From positions 1 through 60,642 of the forward strand of contig JAXDPV010000245.1 in the NCBI GenBank assembly GCA_034668185.1: a stretch of 60,642 nt of DNA, given 5' to 3'. The notes beneath the pieces were generated by a model that did no database searches, was not told where the DNA came from, and was given only the letters and a program-made list of their open reading frames with translations. This DNA is from Actinomycetota bacterium (lineage in GTDB: Bacteria; Actinomycetota; Acidimicrobiia; Acidimicrobiales; CADCTF01). Below are positions 46,101 to 54,082 of this stretch, one piece after another. Position numbers and translations under genes: made by a program. Positions within the stretch are counted from its first letter, which is position 1. Every line of letters begins with the position of its first letter.

Positions 46101-46286
46101 GTGACGCAACGACGCATCAGAGTCCGTGGCCAACGCCGCCAGCAGGTCGACTTGGACAAGCTGGCCTTCGCGCTGCTGCGCTTGGTCGAGCAACTGTCGC
46201 CCGACGAACGGCGGACAGCTTCGGCGAAGGCTCAGCTTTCGCCAAACGGCACCGAGAATGAGCGGTCTCCGGAGGCACAGCAATGA
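46101..46286 (+). CDS. Small basic hypothetical protein
   Basis: 61 aa with a GTG start behind GGAAGGGAGG. The stop overlaps the T4CP ATG. Confidence 0.45.
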   Translation: MTQRRIRVRGQRRQQVDLDKLAFALLRLVEQLSPDERRTASAKAQLSPNGTENERSPEAQQ

Positions 46287-48538
46287 GCCTTGCCTGGCTC
46301 CTGCTGGCGATCACCGCCTTTTGCATGTCGGTCATCTTCAACCACGCCGCCGAGGCGGGGCGGCGGCGCCGATCGCTCGTGGCCTTCAAGTTGCGCTTCC
46401 CACCGCAAACGCCGGTCGAAGCTTTGGAGGCCGTGCTGGCCGGCTGGAGCGGCACGTTGCCGCCGTGGTGGCACCGCACATTGTGGGGTCTGCCGGTCCT
46501 GCTTAGTGAAGTGCGAGCCGACCGCAACGGCATCAGCCATTGGCTGCTGGTGCCGCAAGCCTGGGAACAGCTGTTGACCTCTCTGCTCGGTGCTCATCTG
46601 CCCAGCGTCCGGTACGAACGTCTGGAGCTGCCGACAACTAGCGCCGCCGCTGGTGCCGAGTACCGCTTGTCGACGAGCCAGCGGCCGCTGACGGTCGATG
46701 CATCGGCCCTGTCGGCCCGGTTGCTGTCGAGCCTGCAGCCGCTGCATGGTCGGGAAGCCGTTGTCGTCCAGTATCTTTTAGCGCCGGCACCACCTGTACC
46801 ACCAGTCCGTATCGCCCAACAACCGGCGGCGGCTGACTGGCCGGCCATCGCCGCCGGTGTCGTCGCCGACAGCGAGGCCGCTAGTGCCCTGCGCCGCAAG
46901 CAAGTCGGGGCGCTGCTGCTGGGCGTGGGCCGGATCGGTGTCATCAGCCCGGACAAGGCTCGCCGACAGCAGCTGCTGCGCCAGATCGAGGCGGCCTGGC
47001 ATGGCGCGCGGGCACCGGGAGTGTTGCTGAAGCGGCGGTGGCTGTTGCGGCGCTGGGTCGGGTGGTCAATCGGCCGCCGTCGGGTGCCCTTGGTTAGCTG
47101 GCCCGGCGGCACGCTGAACGTCCACGAAGCGGCTGGCCTGATTGGCTGGCCACTGGAGCTCGATACCTTGCCGGGCCTCGACCTGACCGGTTGCCGGCTG
47201 TTGCCGGTGACGCAGACCGTTCCCGACCGTGGCGCGATCGTCGGTATCGGCACCTATCCCGGTACCCAACGTCCTGTTGCACTCGATTCCCGAGCCCGGA
47301 CCCACCACGTGCTGGCAGTCGGGCCGACCGGCAGTGGCAAGTCGGTGCTGCTGGCCAACCTGGCGCTAGCCGCCGCCGACGAGCCAGGCCAGGCGCTGGT
47401 GGTCATCGACCCAAAGGACGGTCAGTTGTGCGACTCGATCATGGAGCGCCTGCCGGAGCAGCGGTTGGATGACGTCATCGTCTTTGATCCGACTGACCTG
47501 CGACCAGCGGGCTTCGATCCGTTGCGCTCGACGCCCGACAACCGCGAGTTGGTGGTGGACCGGGTGGTATCGATCATGGCGGCTGTCTGGCGTAGCGCCT
47601 GGGGGCCGCGAAGCGCCGACTTGATCCGTCATGCACTACTGACCCTGACCCAGGTGCCCGGTCTGACGTTGTGCGAGGCGCCGGCGCTGTTGTCGGCGGA
47701 CGCCGGCTTCCGGCGCCAGCTGCTGGCCCAGATCGACGACCCCGTCGGCGTGACGCCGTTTTGGGCCTGGTTCAACAGCCTGTCGTCGGCCGAAGTCGCC
47801 AACATTACGGCGGCGCCACTGAACAAGCTGCGGGCCTTCACCACTCGGACGGCGGTGCGCCACACCCTCGGCCAATCGGAGCCGGCGATCGACTTTGCCG
47901 AGCTGCTTCGGCGCGGCGGCATTTTGCTAGTCCGGCTGCCGGCCGGCTTGCTCGGCGAAGAAACCGCTAGTCTGCTCGGCGCGCTGGTGACGGCTCAGCT
48001 GTGGCAGGCCATCAGTGCTCGAGCCGCCTTGCCGCCGACACAGCGGATACCGGCTCTCGTGGTTATCGACGAGCTGCAATCGGTTCTGCGGCTGCCGGTC
48101 AACGCCATCGAGGACATGCTGGCCATGGCTCGTGGCTTCGGCGTCGGCACAGTCCTCGCTGCCCAGGCGACCTACCAGTTGGGGAGCGAGCTTCGGCACG
48201 CCACCTTTGCCAACTGCCGCAGCAAGATCGCCTTTGGCTGCGACCGTGACGACGCCACGCTGTTCGCCCGCGAGTTCGGCAGCGGGCTCACCGCCGAGGA
48301 CATGATGGGCCTGGATGCCTACGAGGCGGTAGTAGCAGCGTTCGCTGCCGGCCGGACCCACCCGGCGGCCACGGTCCGCACCCTGCCGCTGTCCGAGCCG
48401 CTGCGGTCGGCCTCGGTCATCCAGCAGCAGTCACGGGCCCGCTTCGGGGCCGACCGGGCCGACATCGAGACTGCCCTGCGGGCACGACTTGGCGATGATC
48501 GCGGCGGCGCCATCGGCCGCGCCCGGAGGAGATCGTGA
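46283..48538 (+). CDS. Type IV secretion coupling-protein-like ATPase (TraD/VirD4/TraG-D_C-like)
   Basis: 751 aa with an N-terminal TM segment (MSLAWLLLAITAFCMSVIF). Walker A AVGPTGSGKS, Walker B-like PALVVIDELQ, and FGVGTVLAAQATYQL. Confidence 0.75.
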   Translation: MSLAWLLLAITAFCMSVIFNHAAEAGRRRRSLVAFKLRFPPQTPVEALEAVLAGWSGTLPPWWHRTLWGLPVLLSEVRADRNGISHWLLVPQAWEQLLTSLLGAHLPSVRYERLELPTTSAAAGAEYRLSTSQRPLTVDASALSARLLSSLQPLHGREAVVVQYLLAPAPPVPPVRIAQQPAAADWPAIAAGVVADSEAASALRRKQVGALLLGVGRIGVISPDKARRQQLLRQIEAAWHGARAPGVLLKRRWLLRRWVGWSIGRRRVPLVSWPGGTLNVHEAAGLIGWPLELDTLPGLDLTGCRLLPVTQTVPDRGAIVGIGTYPGTQRPVALDSRARTHHVLAVGPTGSGKSVLLANLALAAADEPGQALVVIDPKDGQLCDSIMERLPEQRLDDVIVFDPTDLRPAGFDPLRSTPDNRELVVDRVVSIMAAVWRSAWGPRSADLIRHALLTLTQVPGLTLCEAPALLSADAGFRRQLLAQIDDPVGVTPFWAWFNSLSSAEVANITAAPLNKLRAFTTRTAVRHTLGQSEPAIDFAELLRRGGILLVRLPAGLLGEETASLLGALVTAQLWQAISARAALPPTQRIPALVVIDELQSVLRLPVNAIEDMLAMARGFGVGTVLAAQATYQLGSELRHATFANCRSKIAFGCDRDDATLFAREFGSGLTAEDMMGLDAYEAVVAAFAAGRTHPAATVRTLPLSEPLRSASVIQQQSRARFGADRADIETALRARLGDDRGGAIGRARRRS

Positions 48539-49458
48539 TGTCCGCTCGCCTGTCCGGTCGGTCCGAGTGGCCCGCGCCGCAATACCTGCTGGCGCCAGGC
48601 GTCGCACTCCCGAACGCCAACGACGGTCTAGGGATAACCAGCACCGCTACCACTCGGGTCAGCGGAGTTCAGGCCCGCCGAATCGGCCAGTCGCTCAATG
48701 ACGTCGACCTCGGCGTGGTCAAGGTTCTGGCCACGATCACTGTCGCCACCGGAGGACAGTTGCGTCGCCTCTACTGGCCCGATAGCGACACCGGCCGACG
48801 CTTGGCCCGGCGCCGCTTGGCCGTCCTCACCCGGCAGCGAGTCATCGCCCGACTACAGAGGCGGGTGGGCGGCGCGGGTTCCGGTAGCGACAGTTACACC
48901 TACCGTCTCGATGTCGTCGGCCAACGCCTAGTCGATGAGAACAGCCTGCGCCGCTTCCGCCGCCCGTGGACACCGGGCCATGCCTACCTGGCGCACGCCG
49001 TCGCCGTGGCCGAGTGCTTCATCGTGCTGACCGAACTAGCACAAGACCACCGCCTTGAGCTGCTGGACTTCCAAGCCGAGCCGGCCTGCTGGCGGACCTG
49101 CCCGGCATCGGCCGGACGCCCACTGCTGTTGAAGCCCGACGCCTTCGCCATCAGCGCCCGCGGCGACTGGGAGCTACGCCAGTTCATCGAGGTCGATCGG
49201 GCGACCGAGCATCCGGCGCGCCTCACCCACAAAGCCCAGGCCTATGTCGAGTACTGGCAGAGCGGCGTCGAGCAGCGCCAGCACGGCGTCTTCCCAAAGG
49301 TGTTGTGGATCGCGCCAGATGCTGAACGAGTGGCCGTGATTGTCGATGCGTTGGCACGGCTCGACACCAGCAGTTGGCAGTTGTTCCAGGTCTGCGACGT
49401 GGCCCATTTCGCCAATGCCGTCACCCAAGGCCTCGCGCGAGAACTGGGGGAAGCATGA
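48535..49458 (+). CDS. Replication-relaxation family protein
   Basis: 307 aa. LSDVDLGVVKVLATITVATGGQLRRLYW ... LAHAVAVAECFIVL ... LKPDAF ... FIEVDRATEH fits the Replic_Relax pattern as I remember it. Confidence 0.65.
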   Translation: MMSARLSGRSEWPAPQYLLAPGVALPNANDGLGITSTATTRVSGVQARRIGQSLNDVDLGVVKVLATITVATGGQLRRLYWPDSDTGRRLARRRLAVLTRQRVIARLQRRVGGAGSGSDSYTYRLDVVGQRLVDENSLRRFRRPWTPGHAYLAHAVAVAECFIVLTELAQDHRLELLDFQAEPACWRTCPASAGRPLLLKPDAFAISARGDWELRQFIEVDRATEHPARLTHKAQAYVEYWQSGVEQRQHGVFPKVLWIAPDAERVAVIVDALARLDTSSWQLFQVCDVAHFANAVTQGLARELGEA

Positions 49459-49468
49459 AGGTGGTTGT

Positions 49469-50575
49469 ATGTCCCTCAACAGCCTCGCCTTGTGGGCTGG
49501 CGGCAGCATGACTAGCCCACGACCGCGACGCCGCGACCACAACAGCGGACCACCGAAGGACTCTGACGGTCTCCCTCGCAACACCATCCTCGTCGGAGAT
49601 GCCGTGGCCCAACTCCGTCGATTGCCGGACGCGTGCGTTGATTGTGTGGTCACCAGCCCGCCGTACCACCTGCTGCGCCGCTACGGCGGCGGGCCGCAGG
49701 AACTCGGTACCGAACCGACCGTTACGGCGTACGTCGAGCGGCTGGTGGAGGTGACCGACGAGGTGGGCCGTGTGCTGAAACCCGGCGGGTCGCTGTGGCT
49801 CAACCTTGGGGACAGCTACTCGCGGCACGGCCGCTACGGCGCCTCGCCGAAGAGCCTGTTGCTGGCCCCCGAGCGGCTGTTGTTGGCACTCAACGCCCGC
49901 GGCTGGGTCGTCCGCAACAAGGTGGTGTGGGCCAAGACGACGTGCATGCCCTCCAGTGTCAGCGACCGCTTGAACTGCACGTGGGAACCGCTGTTCCTGC
50001 TGGTGCGTTCCCGTCACTACTACTTCGACCTCGACGCCATCCGCCGCCCGCACCGCAGCCCCCGAAGACCGGCGGGGCGGCCGACGCGCACCAAGCACGC
50101 AAGTACAAAGCCGGCCTGGGCTGGGCCGCTGGCGGGGAAGAACGACGGACTGCTGCGCCTAAGGATCAGCGGCCGCAGCGGCCACGAGCTCGGCAAGAAC
50201 CCGGGGGACGTCTGGCAACTGAGTCCAGCCCGCTTCGACGGCAAACACTTTGCCGTCTTCCCGGAGACGCTCGTCAGCGATCCGATCAAGGCGACCTGCC
50301 CAGCGCAGGTATGCGACCGGTGCGGCCATCCCTGGCAGCGGGAACCCCGCCGCGACCGCCTTGGCGAGCTCCGCTCGGGCTGCGCCTGCCGAGCCGGCTG
50401 GCGACCGGGGCTGGTGCTCGACCCGTTCATGGGTGCCGGCACCGTCGCCGTGGTCGCCGAGCGGCTGGGACGGGACTGGCTGGGCGTGGAACTCAACCCG
50501 GCGTTCGCCAAGCTGGCCGGGCAGCGGATCACCGCGGCTCGAGCAGATCAACAACAACGACAGTCGGCGGCCTGA
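49469..50575 (+). CDS. Orphan DNA methyltransferase, beta-class order (SPPY then FxGxG), N4-C or N6-A
   Basis: Start at ATG 49469 (MSLNSLAL). Motif IV is DCVVTSPPYHL; motif I is LVLDPFMGAGTVAVVAERLGRDWLGVELN. No endonuclease gene is adjacent. Confidence 0.8.
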   Translation: MSLNSLALWAGGSMTSPRPRRRDHNSGPPKDSDGLPRNTILVGDAVAQLRRLPDACVDCVVTSPPYHLLRRYGGGPQELGTEPTVTAYVERLVEVTDEVGRVLKPGGSLWLNLGDSYSRHGRYGASPKSLLLAPERLLLALNARGWVVRNKVVWAKTTCMPSSVSDRLNCTWEPLFLLVRSRHYYFDLDAIRRPHRSPRRPAGRPTRTKHASTKPAWAGPLAGKNDGLLRLRISGRSGHELGKNPGDVWQLSPARFDGKHFAVFPETLVSDPIKATCPAQVCDRCGHPWQREPRRDRLGELRSGCACRAGWRPGLVLDPFMGAGTVAVVAERLGRDWLGVELNPAFAKLAGQRITAARADQQQRQSAA

Positions 50576-50611
50576 CGGCCTTCGGCGATGACTAACGGAA
50601 GGAGGATCAAC

Positions 50612-50947
50612 ATGGAACGAGACAACTACGAGAAACACGAGAGCGAGGTCACGAGCCCGGGCTGGGATGCCTGGGACGCTGCACCCCGTGACGGACCGGC
50701 GATCTTCGCCGTTGATGCTCAAGCGCTGGACGAGGAACAGCGGCTGCATGGCGTCTGGCTGAAGCTCCAGTCACCGCCCGACAAGCTGCGGCAGCAACTT
50801 CAGGAGCTGTTGGGTCGCACGCCAGAAAGCGGGACGTGGGCGATCATCGATCAAATAGGACTCGGGCAGGCCATGGTGCCCGAGACCATGAGCTTCACGG
50901 AACTAGTGGCCCTGTGCGCCGCGGCTGGTGTTTGGGCAGCGCCATGA
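50612..50947 (+). CDS. Possible ArdA-like antirestriction protein (N-domain only)
   Basis: ATG 50612 follows GGAAGGAGG. AIFAVDAQALDEEQRLHGVWLKL...TWAIIDQIGLG loosely resembles the ArdA N-terminal pattern (IY....YN.G.L.G.W.....E.AIHDYEGF) from memory. Confidence 0.35.
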   Translation: MERDNYEKHESEVTSPGWDAWDAAPRDGPAIFAVDAQALDEEQRLHGVWLKLQSPPDKLRQQLQELLGRTPESGTWAIIDQIGLGQAMVPETMSFTELVALCAAAGVWAAP

Positions 50948-51084
50948 GCCCTTACACAAGATCGTCGGCAGCGATAGACGTTCGTCATAAGTCGGAGACA
51001 GAGTGTTGTGAAAAGCACTCAATGACACCATTGCCGACTCGCGATATGCGTGAGAAAATGAAACCAGTAACTGAGGGCAATGTA

Positions 51085-51588
51085 ATGAAGCATAAGCAGC
51101 AACAGAGCCGTACAGGCGGCCCACTCGGTGATTTCATCCGGGGTCGCCGCACGGCTAAGGGGTGGACGCTCGGCGATGCCGAAGCGGCCTCGGATATCGA
51201 TCGCACCTACTGGAGCAAGCTGGAGCTAGGTATCTTCAAGCATCCCGATCCTCGCTACTTGGCCCGCATCGCCGACTCCCTCGGTGTACCGCTTGAAGAC
51301 GTCTACGGCCTGGCGGGTTATACGGCAGCCGAGCGCTTGCCGACCTTCCGGCCATATCTAAGAAGCAAATACCACCTGCCGCCTGAAGCGATTACACAGT
51401 TGGAGAGCTACTTCAGCTTCCTACGCAACCAATATGGCATCCCGGACGGTGCGCCGGTATTCCCCAAGAAGACCAAACCAGGGGCGGCGGAACCGGTCCA
51501 AAGCGGCTCACCGGAAGATGAACCGGACGGCCCCTGGAACGACCAGAGCCTTGGCTACGACGACCTGACGTCGCGGAGCGTCGCATGA
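51085..51588 (+). CDS. XRE-family HTH regulator (ImmR-like position)
   Basis: ATG 51085 follows GAGGG. GDFIRGRRTAKGWTLGDAEAASDIDRTYWSKLELG. The stop overlaps the ImmA-like start. Confidence 0.7.
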   Translation: MKHKQQQSRTGGPLGDFIRGRRTAKGWTLGDAEAASDIDRTYWSKLELGIFKHPDPRYLARIADSLGVPLEDVYGLAGYTAAERLPTFRPYLRSKYHLPPEAITQLESYFSFLRNQYGIPDGAPVFPKKTKPGAAEPVQSGSPEDEPDGPWNDQSLGYDDLTSRSVA

Positions 51589-52211
51589 GCCGCACCGTCC
51601 TGGGCTCGCTGCGAGATTTCGTTCCGCTCCGCCCACTCGGTCATGCCGAGGCTCGGCGCATCGCCGAGCTGCAGGCAGCACGCCTCTTGAAACTAGTCGG
51701 CTTGTCGGAGCCGCCAGTGTCCGAACAGGTCATCGCTGATCTCCCGCGCATTCAGATTGAACGTGTGCGACTGCTGCCGGTGTCCGGCGCGACGCAATGG
51801 AGTCATGGTCGTTGGCTCATCCTGCTGCGGGCTCAGGAGCCGGCCACCCGACAGTTGTTCAGTGCCGCCCACGAGCTGAAGCACATCCTCGACGATCCGT
51901 TCTTCGATGTGCTCTACCGCGCTATCCCCCAAGCCCAGCGTGGTCCGTTTATCGAGCAGGTGTGCGATTACTTCGCCGGCTGCCTGCTAATCCCCCGGCC
52001 GTGGTTGAAGCGGGCCTGGGGCGACGGCATCCAAAGCGTCCCGGGCCTAGCTCGCCATTTCGGCGTCTCCGAACCAGCCATCGAGGTCCGCCTGAGCCAG
52101 GTCGGTTTGGCCGCCCCACGGCGCCGCTGCGATCCATCGTCCGACTGGACGCCGCCGAGAACTGGTGGCTCGGCCGTCTACCACCGGCTGGCCTCAGCGC
52201 TCATCACGTAA
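51585..52211 (+). CDS. ImmA/IrrE-family metallopeptidase
   Basis: HExxH in FSAAHELKHIL, then ...EQVCDYFAGCLLIP (a conserved downstream motif of the family). Paired with an upstream XRE gene, as in ICE/phage switches. Confidence 0.75.
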   Translation: MSRTVLGSLRDFVPLRPLGHAEARRIAELQAARLLKLVGLSEPPVSEQVIADLPRIQIERVRLLPVSGATQWSHGRWLILLRAQEPATRQLFSAAHELKHILDDPFFDVLYRAIPQAQRGPFIEQVCDYFAGCLLIPRPWLKRAWGDGIQSVPGLARHFGVSEPAIEVRLSQVGLAAPRRRCDPSSDWTPPRTGGSAVYHRLASALIT

Positions 52212-52228
52212 TAGCGAAAGGAGTTTTG

Positions 52229-54070
52229 ATGCCTAACGCAGCAACCTCGCCATCGACACAACGCCGGAGTGGCTATGCCCGTGCTCGACCGCCGGCCGCT
52301 GAGGCTGTTTCGACGGGCCGAGCCGTGCTCTACCTCCGGGTCAGCACCCCGAGCCAGGTACGGACCGACTACGACCCCGAAGGCCTGTCGATCCCGGCTC
52401 AGCGTTCGGCCTGCGAGCGCAAGATCGAGCAACTCGGCCTGACCATCGTCGACGAGTACGTCGAACCGGGCCGGACCGCCACCAGCATGGATAAGCGCCC
52501 GGCCTTCCAGGCGATGCTGACCCGCATCAAGACCGAGCGGGACGTTGATTTCGTAGTCGTCTACAAGCTCTCCCGGATGAACCGCAACCGCATTGACGAT
52601 GCCTTGGTGGTGATGAGCCTGCGGCAACTGCAGGTGACCCTCATCTCGGCCACCGAACACATCGACGAGACACCGATCGGCCAACTGATGCACGGCATCC
52701 TGGCTACCATCAACGAGTTCAGGTCGGCGGAAGACGGGGCCGACATTCGCTACAAGATGGGGGAAAAAGCCCGTCGGGGCGGCACGCTCGGCCTTGCACC
52801 CTTGGGCTACCTCAACGTGCGCGAACAATTCGACGGCCGAGAAATCCGCACGGTGGCAGTCGATCCCGAACGTGGACCTTTGGTCACGGTCGCTTTCGAC
52901 CTGTACGCCACCGGCCGCTACACGGGTGAGCAGCTGCGCGATGAATTGACCAAGCGGGGGCTGCGTACCAGGCCGGGTAAGCACCCAGCCGGCCCGGTGT
53001 CTCTCTCGAAGCTGCAAGCCATGCTGCACGACCGTTACTACCTCGGCTTTGTGTACTACGACGGGGAGGAGATACCGGGTCGCCATGAGGCCTTGGTCAC
53101 GCAGGAAGTCTTCGACCGGGTGCAGGCCGTGCTCGAGGCCAAGACAACCAGCGGCGAGCGGCAACGACGCCACCACCACTACCTGAAAGGTTCACTGTGG
53201 TGTGGCGCTTGCCACGACCAGGGCCGGACGTGTCGGCTAATCATCCAGCGAGCGGTGGGCCGGCAACAGCAGCGGGAGTACTTCTATTTCTTCTGCCGGG
53301 GACGGCAACAACACGTCTGTGACATGCCGTACCTCGACATGGATTCGGTGGAGGAAGCCGTTGCTGACTACTACGGCGACTTGCAGCTAACGCCAGCTTT
53401 CGCAGCACGGGTGCGCGACAAGGTGCGTGAAGCACTGGGTGACGAACAGCAGGCAAGCAAGCTGCTCCGCCGGCAGCTGACCAAGGAACTGGCCACGCTC
53501 GACCGTCAAGAAGAAAACCTGCTCGATCTGGTGGCGGATGGTGAGCTGGTGACCGACAAGGCCAAAGCTCGATTGCGGAAGCTGCGGGCAACGCGGGAGC
53601 GGCTGGCGGTAGAACTGCAACGGCTGGAGAGCGACTTGGGTGAAGCGGCTGATGCCGTGGAACTGACGCTGTGTTTGCTGGCTGATCCGGAGGCGTTGTA
53701 CCGGCGGATGGATGACCAACAGCGGCGCCAGATGAACCAAGCCTTCTTCGAGAAGCTGTACGTCGATGTCGATGGAGTGAGTGAAGCGTGCTTGACGGCA
53801 CCAGTCGCCACGTTGGTGGAAGCTCAAGGCCTAGTGCAGGAGGGATGGACCGATCCAGGGGAGAGTGTTGTGGCTAGCAAAACAGCGGTCTTGCTAGCCA
53901 CCGCCCTGGTGGGCGGGGGTTCTAGTAAGACCGCTGTGGTGGACCTGGGGGGATTTGAACCCCCGACCTTCACCATGCCATGGTGCTGCGCTACCGAGCT
54001 GCGCTACAGGCCCGTCGAGGCGGAGACACTAGCACCGGAGCCACATGGCCCAAGCCCCGCCGTTCCCTAG
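52229..54070 (+). CDS. Large serine recombinase (integrase)
   Basis: GAAAGGAG Shine-Dalgarno sequence. Catalytic AVLYLRVSTPSQ, a recombinase domain, Zn-ribbon Cys (CGAC...C...FFCRGRQQHVC), then a coiled coil. The annotated 3' end runs through the island junction and antisense across tRNA-Ala. Confidence 0.85.
   Translation: MPNAATSPSTQRRSGYARARPPAAEAVSTGRAVLYLRVSTPSQVRTDYDPEGLSIPAQRSACERKIEQLGLTIVDEYVEPGRTATSMDKRPAFQAMLTRIKTERDVDFVVVYKLSRMNRNRIDDALVVMSLRQLQVTLISATEHIDETPIGQLMHGILATINEFRSAEDGADIRYKMGEKARRGGTLGLAPLGYLNVREQFDGREIRTVAVDPERGPLVTVAFDLYATGRYTGEQLRDELTKRGLRTRPGKHPAGPVSLSKLQAMLHDRYYLGFVYYDGEEIPGRHEALVTQEVFDRVQAVLEAKTTSGERQRRHHHYLKGSLWCGACHDQGRTCRLIIQRAVGRQQQREYFYFFCRGRQQHVCDMPYLDMDSVEEAVADYYGDLQLTPAFAARVRDKVREALGDEQQASKLLRRQLTKELATLDRQEENLLDLVADGELVTDKAKARLRKLRATRERLAVELQRLESDLGEAADAVELTLCLLADPEALYRRMDDQQRRQMNQAFFEKLYVDVDGVSEACLTAPVATLVEAQGLVQEGWTDPGESVVASKTAVLLATALVGGGSSKTAVVDLGGFEPPTFTMPWCCATELRYRPVEAETLAPEPHGPSPAVP
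53882..53937 (-). terminator. Nested hairpin immediately downstream of tRNA-Ala
   Basis: Outer arms ACAGCGGTCTTGCTAG (53882-53897) and CTAGTAAGACCGCTGT (53922-53937) pair at 15 of 16 positions. Inner stem CCGCCC-TGGT-GGGCGG. Confidence 0.5.
53937..54013 (-). tRNA. tRNA-Ala (anticodon GGC), CCA encoded
   Basis: The reverse complement reads GGGCCTGTAGCGCAGCTCGGTAGCGCAGCACCATGGCATGGTGAAGGTCGGGGGTTCAAATCCCCCCAGGTCCACCA. It folds as a cloverleaf with the G3:U70 Ala identity pair, anticodon loop AT-GGC-AT and T-loop GGTTCAAATCC. Confidence 0.9.
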
Positions 54071-54082
54071 GATGGCCAGACT

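Larger units (their letters stand above)
32458..53881. mobile_element. Integrated mobile element (ICE/IME-like, about 21 kb) next to tRNA-Ala; boundaries approximate
   Basis: Bounded by host terminator-like hairpins (32409-32456 and 53882-53937). GC is visibly lower, with AT-rich patches. It carries a large serine recombinase, an ImmR/ImmA-like pair, a T4CP-like ATPase, a replication-relaxation protein, ArdA-like and orphan methylase genes, and R-M cargo. It lies at the 3' side of tRNA-Ala. Confidence 0.75.

Noticed and set aside
54014-54082. Possible leader, T-box or riboswitch upstream of leuS
   Set aside because: The gap between the tRNA-Ala 5' end and the leuS ATG is under 70 nt. That is too short for such an element, and I saw no specifier or terminator-antiterminator structure.
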